Source: Elusimicrobiaceae bacterium (GTDB lineage Bacteria > Elusimicrobiota > Elusimicrobia > Elusimicrobiales > Elusimicrobiaceae). Taken from it: a stretch of DNA of 64,000 nt. A program made the position numbers and the translations under genes. The notes under the pieces are model-generated. The model saw nothing but the letters and a program-made list of their open reading frames with translations. It was not told the DNA's origin and searched no databases. Location of the stretch: NCBI GenBank assembly GCA_045595305.1, contig JAZOAE010000029.1, positions 35,002 through 99,001 on the forward strand, given 5' to 3'. Shown piece by piece: positions 18,365 through 28,341 of the stretch. How positions within the stretch are numbered: position 1 is the first letter of the stretch; every line of letters begins with the position of its first letter.

Positions 18365-18967
18365 TTACAAAATCCCGCGTTGTTGAAGTTCAGCGCGCAA
18401 CGCTTCAGGAGAAGTAAATAAAACGGTGTCAAAGCCAAGTGCTTTGGCACCTTCTATGTTGGCCGGTTTGTCATCGGTAAAAATGCACTCTTGCGCTTGC
18501 AAATGATAGCGGTCCAATAAAATCTGGTAGATTTTGGGCTCCGGCTTTACGCACTTTTCCGCGCCCGAGATAACAATACCGTCAAAAAGTTTCAAAAAAT
18601 CAAACCGCTTTTGTGCCAGCGGGAACGTTTCGGTTGACCAGTTGGAAAGTGCATAAACGGGATATTTTCTTTGTTTGAGTTCGTGCAAAATTTTGACACT
18701 TCCTTCTATCGCGCCGCCCATCATCTCTCCCCAACGAGTATAGTACGCATTAATCTGCTGGGCATATTGTGGGAAAAGCTGTATACGCTCGGCACAACCT
18801 TGCGCAAAAGGTTTACCGCCGTCCATTTGCATATTCCACTCGCTCGAACAAACGGTGGATAAAAAATATTCCATCTCTTGCTCGTTGGTAAACAATTGAC
18901 GATAAAGGGCGCGCGGATTCCATTCAATGAGCACTTGCCCGAAGTCAAAAACAACGTTTTTAAGCAT
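18365..18967 (-). CDS. HAD-superfamily phosphatase
   Basis: VVFDFGQVL motif I, LSNW, KPEPKIY, FTDD...NIEGA. Confidence 0.9.
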   Translation of the reverse strand: MLKNVVFDFGQVLIEWNPRALYRQLFTNEQEMEYFLSTVCSSEWNMQMDGGKPFAQGCAERIQLFPQYAQQINAYYTRWGEMMGGAIEGSVKILHELKQRKYPVYALSNWSTETFPLAQKRFDFLKLFDGIVISGAEKCVKPEPKIYQILLDRYHLQAQECIFTDDKPANIEGAKALGFDTVLFTSPEALRAELQQRGIL

Positions 18968-19983
18968 TACATCACCAGCGTGTCTTCCATATCCGGGCCG
19001 GTGGAAATTAACGCAATTTTAGGATGCGGATAAGTTTTGTCCGATAATGCCTGTAAGTCTGCCAAGAATTTCTGGGCTTGCGCGGTGAACTTGGCGGGAT
19101 CTTTCACGCAATCATTGCCTTCAAACATATCGATATGCGTGATGGCAATTTTGGTGCAGTTGTTAATCATAATGGCGCGGGCGGCGGACTTCCACTCAAA
19201 CTCCCCCACCCGGCGAAGGCGCTTACTTACGCTGCCGATTTCGTGCCCTTTGGTGTGATAAATTTCCAATTCTTTTTCGTCAAACATTTCTTTTTCCAAG
19301 GGCCCGGGGCCGACGCGGGTGATGTAAGGTTTGAATACTACATACACGTCACGCACGGACTTGGGGCCAAGGCCGGCCTCACCCAAAAATGTGCTGGCAG
19401 TCGTGTCGCGCGAAGTAACAAACGGATATTCTCCGTGCAGTAGCGAAAGTTTAATGCCTTGCGTCCCTTCCAACAGAACATGCCCGCCTTTATCCAAGCA
19501 GCTGTTTAATAATTCGGGCACGTCTTGAATGAAATCTTTAAGTAGCGGCTCATCTTTGGCAAATTTAATATCGCGCCGCTCAATACGTTCCTTAACCGCT
19601 TGGCCAAGCCCCGTTCCCACGCTGCCGATTTTGTTCATAAAGTGCGCCGCGCCGCGCTCGGCCGCGGTTTGCTCGTCGGTAATCAACACAGCGTAGGGGT
19701 CAATGATGAGGCGATCCTGCGTGTTTGTTTTTTTCACTTCGTCTAAAAGCCATTCCGTTTTTGTGTAAGCACCCGCACCCAGCACCAGTTTTGTTTTGGG
19801 ATTTAAAAAGCCGGAAGGGATATTTTTTAGCGTGTAAGAAGTTCCGTTTTGCACGACGGTGTGACCCGCATTAGGGCCGCCCACACGCACACAATAATCA
19901 TAATTGCCTTTGTAAGAAAGATAGGCCGCAATTTTGCCTTTTCCTTCGTCACCGGCTTGTCCGCCGCATACTAAATCAATCAT
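18967..19983 (-). CDS. purA: Adenylosuccinate synthetase, short (338 aa) form
   Basis: GQAGDEGKGK, GGPNAGHTV, LEGTQG, YPFVTS, TRVGPGP. Much shorter than the usual ~430-aa bacterial enzyme. Confidence 0.93.
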   Translation of the reverse strand: MIDLVCGGQAGDEGKGKIAAYLSYKGNYDYCVRVGGPNAGHTVVQNGTSYTLKNIPSGFLNPKTKLVLGAGAYTKTEWLLDEVKKTNTQDRLIIDPYAVLITDEQTAAERGAAHFMNKIGSVGTGLGQAVKERIERRDIKFAKDEPLLKDFIQDVPELLNSCLDKGGHVLLEGTQGIKLSLLHGEYPFVTSRDTTASTFLGEAGLGPKSVRDVYVVFKPYITRVGPGPLEKEMFDEKELEIYHTKGHEIGSVSKRLRRVGEFEWKSAARAIMINNCTKIAITHIDMFEGNDCVKDPAKFTAQAQKFLADLQALSDKTYPHPKIALISTGPDMEDTLVM

Positions 19984-21370
19984 AATTTCCCTCCGCTAGT
20001 TTAGGTGCCAGACCGAGGTATTTTTCGGTTTCTAGCATGTGTAGTTGCATTTTGACGGATGCAGGAACATTGAGCCCGTCAATAAAATCAGTTAGCGCGC
20101 CGGCGGTAAGACGGCGGCCGCGGGTAAAATCGCGCAAGAGTTCGTAGGCGTTTTCACATCCGTACGCGCGCAAAATAGTTTGGATGGCCTCGGCCAATAC
20201 TTCGGGGTGCTGCGCAAGTTCTTCGCGGGCAACGTCTTTATCAAACGCAATTTTTGAGAGCCCTTTAAGTAGCGACTCATACGCCACAAGCGCGTGCCCA
20301 AACGCCACGGGGATGTTACGTAGCACCGTCGAGCCCGACAAATCCCGCTGCAAGCGCGACACGGGAAGTTTATTGGATAAAAAGTCCAATAAGGTGCAGG
20401 AAAGTTGCAAATTCCCCTCGGCATTCTCAAAATCAATCGGGTTTACTTTCTGCGGCATGGTGGACGAGCCAACCTCGCCTTTGATGGTTTGTTGTTTGAC
20501 CAGCCCGGCGGAAATATACTGCCACATATCGCGGCTTAGATCGGTTAAAATCACGTTTATGCGGCGGATATTGTCAAAAAGTTCAGCGTAACTGTCGCGG
20601 TTATCCACTTGCGTGGTAACGGGGCTTAAAACGAGTTTTAGCTTGCGGTTTTTATTAAGTGCCGTGATAACTTGGCGCGCCGCGCGCGGCCAATTGACCG
20701 CCGGGAACACCGCATAATGCGCGTTAAAATTGCCCACCGCCCCGCTAAATTTGCAGGAAATTTGTTTTTGTTTCAGCGCTTTTAGTTGCCGCGCCAAGCG
20801 CGTTTCAAATACGCGCATTTCTTTGCCAAACGTCGTCGGTACAGCCGGTTGGCCATGTGTGCGGGCCAACAGCACAGAACGTGCTTCTTTTTTAGCCAAT
20901 TTCAAAAATTCTTTTTGGATTTCCTCAAGCGCGGGCAGGAGCGCTTTTTCCACCCCGTCGCTAAGCAGAAGTGCGTAAGCAACGCTGTTGATGTCCTCGC
21001 TGGTAAGCGCAAAATGAATAAAAGGCAGACGGTCTTTAAGGGATGTTTTTTGCAGTTTTAGGCGCAAGAAATATTCCACGGCTTTGACGTCGTGGCGGGT
21101 GGCGGGGATTTTGCCGTAGCCCTTGGTTTCCAACGTGCGGATGAGCTGCAAATCTTGCGCTGATAAATTGCTCACGTTGGCTAAAATTTTCTGCTCGGCC
21201 GCGGATAATTTTTTAACGCCGGGCAACTTAAGATCGCACAATACAGTAAGCCACGCAATTTCCGCCCGCACGCGCGCAGAAAGGAGGGCATCCTCGCCCA
21301 TCACCGCGGCAAGCGCGGTTACTTTGGAAGCATAGCGCCCATCTAAGGGACTCAAAACAAACGTACTCAT
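19976..21370 (-). CDS. purB: Adenylosuccinate lyase
   Basis: LSPLDGRY, HFALTSEDIN, RTHGQPA, signature GSSTMPQKVNPIDFEN. Confidence 0.97.
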   Translation of the reverse strand: MSTFVLSPLDGRYASKVTALAAVMGEDALLSARVRAEIAWLTVLCDLKLPGVKKLSAAEQKILANVSNLSAQDLQLIRTLETKGYGKIPATRHDVKAVEYFLRLKLQKTSLKDRLPFIHFALTSEDINSVAYALLLSDGVEKALLPALEEIQKEFLKLAKKEARSVLLARTHGQPAVPTTFGKEMRVFETRLARQLKALKQKQISCKFSGAVGNFNAHYAVFPAVNWPRAARQVITALNKNRKLKLVLSPVTTQVDNRDSYAELFDNIRRINVILTDLSRDMWQYISAGLVKQQTIKGEVGSSTMPQKVNPIDFENAEGNLQLSCTLLDFLSNKLPVSRLQRDLSGSTVLRNIPVAFGHALVAYESLLKGLSKIAFDKDVAREELAQHPEVLAEAIQTILRAYGCENAYELLRDFTRGRRLTAGALTDFIDGLNVPASVKMQLHMLETEKYLGLAPKLAEGNYD

Positions 21371-21387
21371 ATTTATATTTTACCAAA

Positions 21388-21421
21388 TAAAAACAGGGCG
21401 ACAAAATCGTCCACCCTGTTC
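21388..21421 (-). terminator. Terminator of the RND efflux operon
   Basis: aaacaggg...ccctgttt inverted repeat with flanking A-tract. Confidence 0.6.
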
Positions 21422-21436
21422 ACATTTTAGAATTTT

Positions 21437-22834
21437 CTATTTCTTTTTTGCTTCCTCAATATCTTGCGCGGTCCAGCCGCCGCCAAGCGCCTTGGCTAAA
21501 TCTACCACCGCGTCTAGTTCATTCTTGCGGGCCGTGGATAAATTCATCTCGGAAGATAGCAAGGTTTCCTCTACGCTAAGCAAATCCGTTACGCCGATAA
21601 GTCCGGCATCTTCCTGTTTTTTGGTAAGTTCATAGCTGCGGCGCATATCGTTGGTTTGCGCCAGGTACGAATCATAGATTTGGCGGTACATTTGATTGGA
21701 GTTGATGGCATCCAGTGCCTCTTTGAAAGCCAGTTGTAGGGTTTTTTGGTAGTTAGCCAAAATCTCGCGGTATTGGGCCTCGGCTTTTTTATTTTCGGCC
21801 GTAATTTTGCCGCCATTAAAAATAGGAGATACGAGGTCCGCCCCCAAACTCCACACACCCGAGCCGCCCGTAAACAGACTGGTCAATGCGTTGCTGGCGT
21901 ACCCGGCGGCTGCCGTCAAGGAAATATCCGGGAAGTAAGACGCGCGGGCCACACCAATGTTGGCGTTAGCGGCAATTAAATTTTCCTCCGCCGTCATCAC
22001 ATCCGGTCGGCGTTCTAATAAATCGGAAGGCAAGTCAGCCGGCACATCCGGCACGAGGGTCACTTCATTTAATTTTTTGCCGCGCGTCATTTTTTCTTCT
22101 ACGATCGCACGCGGAGATTTTCCTAGTAAAACCGCCAGGGCCGTTTCGGTTTTAGAAAGTTGCAAGCGCAAGTTATCTTCATCGGCTTTGACGCTTTGCA
22201 AATTGGCCTGAACACGGCGCAAATCCACTTCCGTGGCATAGCCCGCCTCGTAGCGGCTTTGATAAATGCGCACATTTTCTTGCCGGGCAGCTACGGTTTG
22301 CTGGGCAATTTCAATTTGATTATCCAGCATGAGCATCGTGAAATACTGCTTGGCCACATCGGCAGTAAGCGTTAATTTCACCGTATCGCGTGCGGCCTCA
22401 GTCGCTAAAAGTTGCGCACGGGCAGACTCTTTCATGCGGCGATATTTACCCCATAAATCTAGTTCAAAAGAAGCGGTGAGCCCCGCACGGCTGGTACTTT
22501 CCCCGGAGCCCTGTGCATTTCCCTGACGGCCCGTCGTTCCCGTGGCAGAGAGCGTGGGTAATTGATTGGCCCCGGCAATAGTTACTTCCGCTCGAGCTTG
22601 ATCTACACGCGCAATAGCTGCCTGCAAATCCCAGTTGTATTTGAGCGCAGTGTCTTCCATTTGATTTAAGACATCATCGCCAAACATCGTCCACCAGTTT
22701 TGCTGTGTAAACACGCTATAATTGGAAGCATCCGCCCCTTGCGGCAAATCCGCATCCGGGCGTTTGTAATTGGGGCCCATCGTGCACCCTGCAGTAAGTA
22801 CGGCACAAGCCGTTAGTAAATTGACTAGTCTCAT
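21437..22834 (-). CDS. RND outer-membrane factor (NodT/OprM-like lipoprotein)
   Basis: Lipobox LTAGC, GPNYKRP, FELDLWG, AANANIGVARASYFPDISL, LAKALGGGW. Confidence 0.93.
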   Translation of the reverse strand: MRLVNLLTACAVLTAGCTMGPNYKRPDADLPQGADASNYSVFTQQNWWTMFGDDVLNQMEDTALKYNWDLQAAIARVDQARAEVTIAGANQLPTLSATGTTGRQGNAQGSGESTSRAGLTASFELDLWGKYRRMKESARAQLLATEAARDTVKLTLTADVAKQYFTMLMLDNQIEIAQQTVAARQENVRIYQSRYEAGYATEVDLRRVQANLQSVKADEDNLRLQLSKTETALAVLLGKSPRAIVEEKMTRGKKLNEVTLVPDVPADLPSDLLERRPDVMTAEENLIAANANIGVARASYFPDISLTAAAGYASNALTSLFTGGSGVWSLGADLVSPIFNGGKITAENKKAEAQYREILANYQKTLQLAFKEALDAINSNQMYRQIYDSYLAQTNDMRRSYELTKKQEDAGLIGVTDLLSVEETLLSSEMNLSTARKNELDAVVDLAKALGGGWTAQDIEEAKKK

Positions 22835-25800
22835 TTTTTCTCCTTATCTTTTCCGGCAAATAATGTGAAAAACCAAGGCACAAACATCGGCGCTACCCCT
22901 GTAGCAATTAACATCCCGCACACTACGGCGGTGCCGATAGAGTGGCGGCTGGCCGCCCCCGCACCAAAGCTAATGGCCAAGGGAACACATCCTAAAATAA
23001 AAGCCAAGGACGTCATCACAATCGGCCTAAAACGCAGTAGCGAGGCTTGCAATGCCGCCTCAGCCTTGGCCATCCCTTGCTCTTTTAAGAGCACAGCAAA
23101 TTCCACAATCAAAATAGCGTTCTTGGCCGCCAAACCGACCAACGCTACTAACGCAATTTGGAAGTAAATATCGTTGGAAAGCCCACGGATCCATGTTCCC
23201 AACAAGGCCCCAAACAACGCAAACGGTACGGCCAAAAGTACGGCAATCGGCAAACTCCATTTTTCATACTGTGCGGCCAAAATCAGGAATACCACCAACA
23301 TCCCTAGGAGCAGTGCAGAAGCGGAAGAACTGCCGGCTAATTTCTCCTGATAGGTTGTACCTGTCCATGCGAGCGTAAAGCCAGAATCCAGCGTTTCTTT
23401 AGCGGTTTCTTCTACAGCGCGGATAGCATCACCCGAGCTATATCCCGGGGCAGGGCTGGCCATAATTTTAGCAGAGGGGAATACGTTAAAGCGTTCCACT
23501 ACATCCGGCCCCAAGGAAGGCGTCAGCGTAACGAGTGTGGACAGCGGCACCATTGCCCCGCTGTTGGATTTTACGTAAATCTCACCCAATTGATCCGGAC
23601 GGGCGCGGTATTCACCTTCTGCCTGCATCATTACTTTAAAACTGCGGCCTAAGTACGTAAAATCGTTGATGTACATATTGCCGAACGTGCCTTGCAGCGT
23701 GGCATAGAGCGCATCCAAAGATACCCCCATAGATTGCGCTTTAACTTCATCTACCGTAAGCGCATATTGTGGCACAGCAGCAGAAAAAGAGGAAGAAACT
23801 GCTGTCAATTCCGGCCGTTTGCGGGCAGCATCCAGAAATTTGTTTAATTGCTCAGCTAATTCTGTAGATCCTCCTTCCGAACGGTTTTGGATATATCCTT
23901 CCAAGCCCCCCGTGGTACTCATCCCCATAATAGGAGGCGGGTTAAATGGCATAACAAGCGCGCCGGGCACTTCTTTTTGCGCTTTTACATAAACTTGCTT
24001 TACCGCAGCTTCGGAAGATTCATCGGCTTTTTTGCGCTCATCCCACGGTTTTAGCATTACAAAGGAGGCCACGGAATTGTTTTTGCGCGCGCTGGTAAGC
24101 ATATCAAACCCGGCAAACGTCATTTCTTTTTGTACCGAAGGGATAGAAAGAAGTACATCTTCCATTTCGCTGGCCACTTTACTACTGGCGCCCAAAGAGG
24201 AGGACGGGTCCAACTGCGAAGCCACCATAATAATTCCCTGGTCTTCGTTAGGTAGCAAGCTACCGGGAACTATTTTAAATAGCGCAAACGTCGCTAAAAA
24301 TAATACTGCCATAATAATGGCAGACACAATCCCTTTGTGCAATACAAAACTAACCAACTTACCGTATTTTTGCGTAAGTTTATCAAACCATTGATCAAAT
24401 TTGTAGAAAAAACCACTGGTAGGGCGCTCTTGTTTTTTAAGTAGCAACACACACAACGCAGGCGTCAATGTAAGTGCCACAAGCCCGGAAATCACTACAG
24501 ATACGGCAATCGTAATCGCGAATTGCTTATACATTACCCCGGTTAAACCGCCCATAAATGCCACCGGCACAAATACAGAACAAAGCACCAACACAATAGC
24601 AACTACAGGTCCGGAAACTTCCTCCATAGCTTTAATAGTGGCCTCACGCACGGGCAGGTTTTCCTCGTGCATGATACGCTCTACGTTTTCAATGACCACA
24701 ATGGCGTCATCTACCACCATACCAATAGCCAATACTAGCCCGAATAGTGTTAACGTGTTGATAGAAAAGCCCATTACTTCCATCCCGGCAAATGCACCAA
24801 TAATAGACACCGGTACCGCCAAACACGGAATGAGTGTGGCGCGCCAGTCTTTTAGGAACAAGAATACTACCAAAAATACCAATACCATGGCTTCCACCAA
24901 AGTTTTGATGACTTCTTTGATAGACTCGTTCACAAATAGTGTGGTATCGTAAGCGGTATCATAGGCCAGGTCCATTTCGGCTGGGAAATTTTTGGCAGCT
25001 TCCGCCAAGTGTTCTTGCACCGCTTTGGCAGTAGCTACCGCGTTAGCACCCGGAGAGAGATAAATCCCCACCGGTACGGCCGGTTTTTTATTGAAACTAC
25101 CGTTAAATTCGTAAGTTTGGCTGCCCAGTTCTACGCGCGCTACGTCTTTAAGGCGCAACGTAGTTCCATCCGCATTGGCACGCAAGATAATATTTTCAAA
25201 TTCTTCTACCGTAGAGAAACGACCGGGAGCAATAATAGAATAGCTTCGATCCACTTTTACCGGCATAGGTGCCTGGCCAATTTTACCCGCCGCACGCTGC
25301 GCGTTTTGCGCTTGGATGGCGCTGGCTACTTCGGCAATTGACAAATTACGTTGTGATAAAACATCTGGTTTGACCCAAATGCGAATGGCATAGTCATTGG
25401 CGGACATCACCATCGCATCCCCCACACCTTCAATACGTTTTAAATCATCGACGATGTTAATAAGCACGTAGTTGCCAATGGTGGTGGTATCCGAACGCCC
25501 CGAAGGAGAATAAAACGCCAGCATTTGTAAAATAGCAGATGATTTTTTATCTACCGTTACCCCATAACGACGCACGTCTTCGGGCAAAGTAGCTGTGGCG
25601 CCCTGCACACGGTTGTTGACGTTGATCATGGCTTGGTCAGGGTCGGTACCTACTTTAAAAGAAACCGTTAAGTTCATATCCCCATTGGCAGAAGAGGTAG
25701 AGTTCATATAAAGCATATCCTCTACCCCGTTCACCTGTTGTTCCAAAGGCGCGGCCACTGTATTGGCAATCACCTCCGGGCTAGCACCGGGATAACTGGC

Positions 25801-25941
25801 AGAAACCGCAATGGTGGGCGGTGTTAAATCCGGGTATTGCTCCACGGGCAAATTTCTGATAGATACAATACCTGCTAGGGTAATTAAGAGCGAAATTACC
25901 GCTGAAAAAATCGGCCGGTCAATAAAAAATTTAGAGAACAT
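22831..25941 (-). CDS. HAE1-family RND efflux permease (AcrB/MexB-like)
   Basis: MFSKFFIDRPIF, LAIGMVVDDAIVVIENVER, GLAAKNAILIVEFA, RFRPIVMTSLAF. Confidence 0.97.
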   Translation of the reverse strand: MFSKFFIDRPIFSAVISLLITLAGIVSIRNLPVEQYPDLTPPTIAVSASYPGASPEVIANTVAAPLEQQVNGVEDMLYMNSTSSANGDMNLTVSFKVGTDPDQAMINVNNRVQGATATLPEDVRRYGVTVDKKSSAILQMLAFYSPSGRSDTTTIGNYVLINIVDDLKRIEGVGDAMVMSANDYAIRIWVKPDVLSQRNLSIAEVASAIQAQNAQRAAGKIGQAPMPVKVDRSYSIIAPGRFSTVEEFENIILRANADGTTLRLKDVARVELGSQTYEFNGSFNKKPAVPVGIYLSPGANAVATAKAVQEHLAEAAKNFPAEMDLAYDTAYDTTLFVNESIKEVIKTLVEAMVLVFLVVFLFLKDWRATLIPCLAVPVSIIGAFAGMEVMGFSINTLTLFGLVLAIGMVVDDAIVVIENVERIMHEENLPVREATIKAMEEVSGPVVAIVLVLCSVFVPVAFMGGLTGVMYKQFAITIAVSVVISGLVALTLTPALCVLLLKKQERPTSGFFYKFDQWFDKLTQKYGKLVSFVLHKGIVSAIIMAVLFLATFALFKIVPGSLLPNEDQGIIMVASQLDPSSSLGASSKVASEMEDVLLSIPSVQKEMTFAGFDMLTSARKNNSVASFVMLKPWDERKKADESSEAAVKQVYVKAQKEVPGALVMPFNPPPIMGMSTTGGLEGYIQNRSEGGSTELAEQLNKFLDAARKRPELTAVSSSFSAAVPQYALTVDEVKAQSMGVSLDALYATLQGTFGNMYINDFTYLGRSFKVMMQAEGEYRARPDQLGEIYVKSNSGAMVPLSTLVTLTPSLGPDVVERFNVFPSAKIMASPAPGYSSGDAIRAVEETAKETLDSGFTLAWTGTTYQEKLAGSSSASALLLGMLVVFLILAAQYEKWSLPIAVLLAVPFALFGALLGTWIRGLSNDIYFQIALVALVGLAAKNAILIVEFAVLLKEQGMAKAEAALQASLLRFRPIVMTSLAFILGCVPLAISFGAGAASRHSIGTAVVCGMLIATGVAPMFVPWFFTLFAGKDKEKK

Positions 25942-25950
25942 TTAATCCCC

Positions 25951-27279
25951 CTATTTAGCTTGCGCCTGTTGATCGGCAGCGGCAGCTTGCGGCAGGGACT
26001 GAGCATCCGGAGCTTCTGAGTCCGAAATGGCTTGCTCTAGCTGGTCCATTTTCTCTTCATCTGCCTTGGGAGCCGTGCGTTCTTTCATCACGGGAACCTC
26101 AAAATCTTGTAGTTGCACTTGTACTGTTTGACCAGGGCGAATACGCGAAAGCCCTTCGCTAATTACCATTTCCCCCGCTTTAAGGCCTTTAGTGACCACA
26201 TACATATCATCTTGCAAGTCCGCTTCAACAGGGCGGGCTTCTACAGCATTATTGCTGTCCACCACGTACACTAAAAGCTCCTTGGCTGTATGCAATACTG
26301 CCGAAGAAGGAATTAAAATAGCGTTTTTAAACGTAGCGCCCACTAAGTGCACACGCACAAATTGCCCCGGCATTAATAAACGCGAATTATTGGGGTTTGC
26401 AAATTCGGCCTTCATCGCGATGCTAGAGGTTTGTGCATTTTCAGAGCTGTCAAAGAAAATAATCTTGCCCCGCTGCGGGTAAATTTCTCCGTTGGGCATA
26501 ACCGCTTCTACGTAAATGGCAACATCGTTAACGTCTTTAGCGCGGTATTCTTGTGCACCTTCCTTCTTACCGGGTTGCATATTACCAAAAGCAATTTGCC
26601 CGGACATAAATCCCTGGGAAAGCTGGTTAAACTGGCTGCCCGGCATGGAGAATTTTACATAAAGCGGATTAATTTGCACCATGTTGGTCAAATAGCCCGA
26701 TTCCCCCTGCGGAGAAATTAGGCTACCTACCGACGGAACCGCCTGCCCGACAATCCCCGAAATAGGAGCCGTTACTTTGGTATATCCTAAATTGATTTGT
26801 GCTCCTTCCACAGCAGCTTGCGCCACCTTTACGTTAGCTTGTGCGGTTTCATACGCTGAAAGTGCATTATCATAATCTTGCTGACTTACTGCATTAGAAG
26901 CACGCAATGTTTTCATGCGGTTAAATGTGCGATACGTGCGTTTTTCTTCGGCTTGAGCTTGGGCTAACGAACCTTGTGCTTTTTGCAAAGCTACCTTATA
27001 TTCGGAATCATCAATTTGAAAAAGTTGAGTGCCTTCCGTCACAAATTCACCTTCATTGTATAAACGGCTTTCCAAAATCCCTCCTACTTGGGCACGAATC
27101 TGAATTTCGAGTGATCCCGCTACTTGTGCAGGATATTCAATATTCCACGGTAAATCCTGTTGAATTACTTTCACGGCCGACACCACTGGGGCAGCCGGAG
27201 CAGCGGCGTCGTGTTTTTTGCATGCACAAACTGCTAATATAGCCAGACAAAATACTAAAACTGACTTTTTCATGTACAA
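25951..27279 (-). CDS. RND periplasmic adaptor (AcrA-like membrane fusion lipoprotein)
   Basis: Lipoprotein-like signal (AVCAC), IRAQVGGIL, TAPISGIVG, LMPGQFVR; first gene of the efflux operon. Confidence 0.93.
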   Translation of the reverse strand: MYMKKSVLVFCLAILAVCACKKHDAAAPAAPVVSAVKVIQQDLPWNIEYPAQVAGSLEIQIRAQVGGILESRLYNEGEFVTEGTQLFQIDDSEYKVALQKAQGSLAQAQAEEKRTYRTFNRMKTLRASNAVSQQDYDNALSAYETAQANVKVAQAAVEGAQINLGYTKVTAPISGIVGQAVPSVGSLISPQGESGYLTNMVQINPLYVKFSMPGSQFNQLSQGFMSGQIAFGNMQPGKKEGAQEYRAKDVNDVAIYVEAVMPNGEIYPQRGKIIFFDSSENAQTSSIAMKAEFANPNNSRLLMPGQFVRVHLVGATFKNAILIPSSAVLHTAKELLVYVVDSNNAVEARPVEADLQDDMYVVTKGLKAGEMVISEGLSRIRPGQTVQVQLQDFEVPVMKERTAPKADEEKMDQLEQAISDSEAPDAQSLPQAAAADQQAQAK

Positions 27280-27364
27280 CCCCTCCTAAATTTAATTTCT
27301 CCAATTCTATGAAATTGCCCCCCACTTTGCAATATATTTTATATACTAGGTGTTGTATTGGTGT

Positions 27365-28258
27365 ATGAAAAAATTACTACTACTTGCCTTAGTGCTATGT
27401 TTCACGGGGTTGCCCGGTGCAGCCCAGTCTTCTGCCAACAGCGGCCTGGATGTATTTGCCTACAGCGCCGATCAGTTGGCAACCCGCTTTGCCGGTAAAA
27501 CCCGCAAAGAGGTACTTAATACGATTAATAAGGTCCGGACCCCTGATACCATCGTGACAAGCACAAGCGGCAAGGAATACGCGCTGGTGCGTTACGACGA
27601 GAAAGGAGATATTTTCCGTATTTTCCTGTTTAATCTCAGCGGAGCACAGAAACTGGTTGCTGTGGCTGACGACGCACAAAGCGCATTAGCTATGGATGAA
27701 AAATACGGGATTAAAATATCCCTTCCAGAAAAAGAGGTGGCGGCCCCGGTTGCGGCAGTCCAAACTCCGGCTGCAGTCCAGACCCCGGTTGCAGTCCAGG
27801 CCCCGGTTACAGTCCAGGCCCCAGCTCCACAAACGTATCTCACCTCGATTACCGACATGGCCAATAACCGAACGTATACCGCCTATCAAAGCGGAGATAA
27901 ATATTTGGTGTATCGCAATGGTGCTCAAATACATACGTTTAACAACCATGAATATAATGCTTTCATGGCTACGATAGCGAATGCCAACTCCAATTATCAA
28001 GAAAATTTGGCTCAACAGCAAGCCAATTTGGATCGGCAACGGGCCCAGCTTGAACAAGAACGCCTTTGGGCTGCTCAGCGAGCCAACACTCAAAACACAG
28101 TAGTGGTTCGTTCAAACCCCGTTGTTCCCTTTCTTATGGGAACGGCCATAGGAGGACTGTTTTGGAATGGAATCTGGTATCACCACCATTCGCATCATCA
28201 TCGAGCCGTCGCCCCCGCGCCACATCGTCCCATAGGACGACCTCCACATAGACGGTAA
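27365..28258 (+). CDS. Secreted hypothetical protein with PxAVQ repeats, a Gln-rich coil and a His/Pro/Arg-rich tail
   Basis: Signal peptide MKKLLLLALVLCFTGLPGAA; ends YHHHSHHHRAVAPAPHRPIGRPPHRR. Confidence 0.75.
   Translation: MKKLLLLALVLCFTGLPGAAQSSANSGLDVFAYSADQLATRFAGKTRKEVLNTINKVRTPDTIVTSTSGKEYALVRYDEKGDIFRIFLFNLSGAQKLVAVADDAQSALAMDEKYGIKISLPEKEVAAPVAAVQTPAAVQTPVAVQAPVTVQAPAPQTYLTSITDMANNRTYTAYQSGDKYLVYRNGAQIHTFNNHEYNAFMATIANANSNYQENLAQQQANLDRQRAQLEQERLWAAQRANTQNTVVVRSNPVVPFLMGTAIGGLFWNGIWYHHHSHHHRAVAPAPHRPIGRPPHRR
27746..27820 (+). repeat. In-frame tandem repeat (21+18+18+18 bp)
   Basis: ccggttgcggcagtccaaact / ccggctgcagtccagacc / ccggttgcagtccaggcc / ccggttacagtccaggcc. Confidence 0.9.
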
Positions 28259-28272
28259 TAAATTGTCATTAC

Positions 28273-28308
28273 TATAAAAACCCTCGGTTTAAACCGAGGG
28301 TTTTTATA
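28273..28308. terminator. Perfect 36-bp palindrome, probable bidirectional terminator
   Basis: tataaaaaccctcggttt|aaaccgagggtttttata between convergent genes. Confidence 0.85.
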
Positions 28309-28341
28309 ACGCACAAAAACTTCGCGTAGCGTGAGGTTTTC

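Noticed and set aside
27592-28093. Overlapping ORFs with repeated GLDCNR / WTAAGV / LQSRPR motifs
   Set aside because: These are other-frame or antisense readings of the 18-bp tandem repeat in the 27365..28258 gene.
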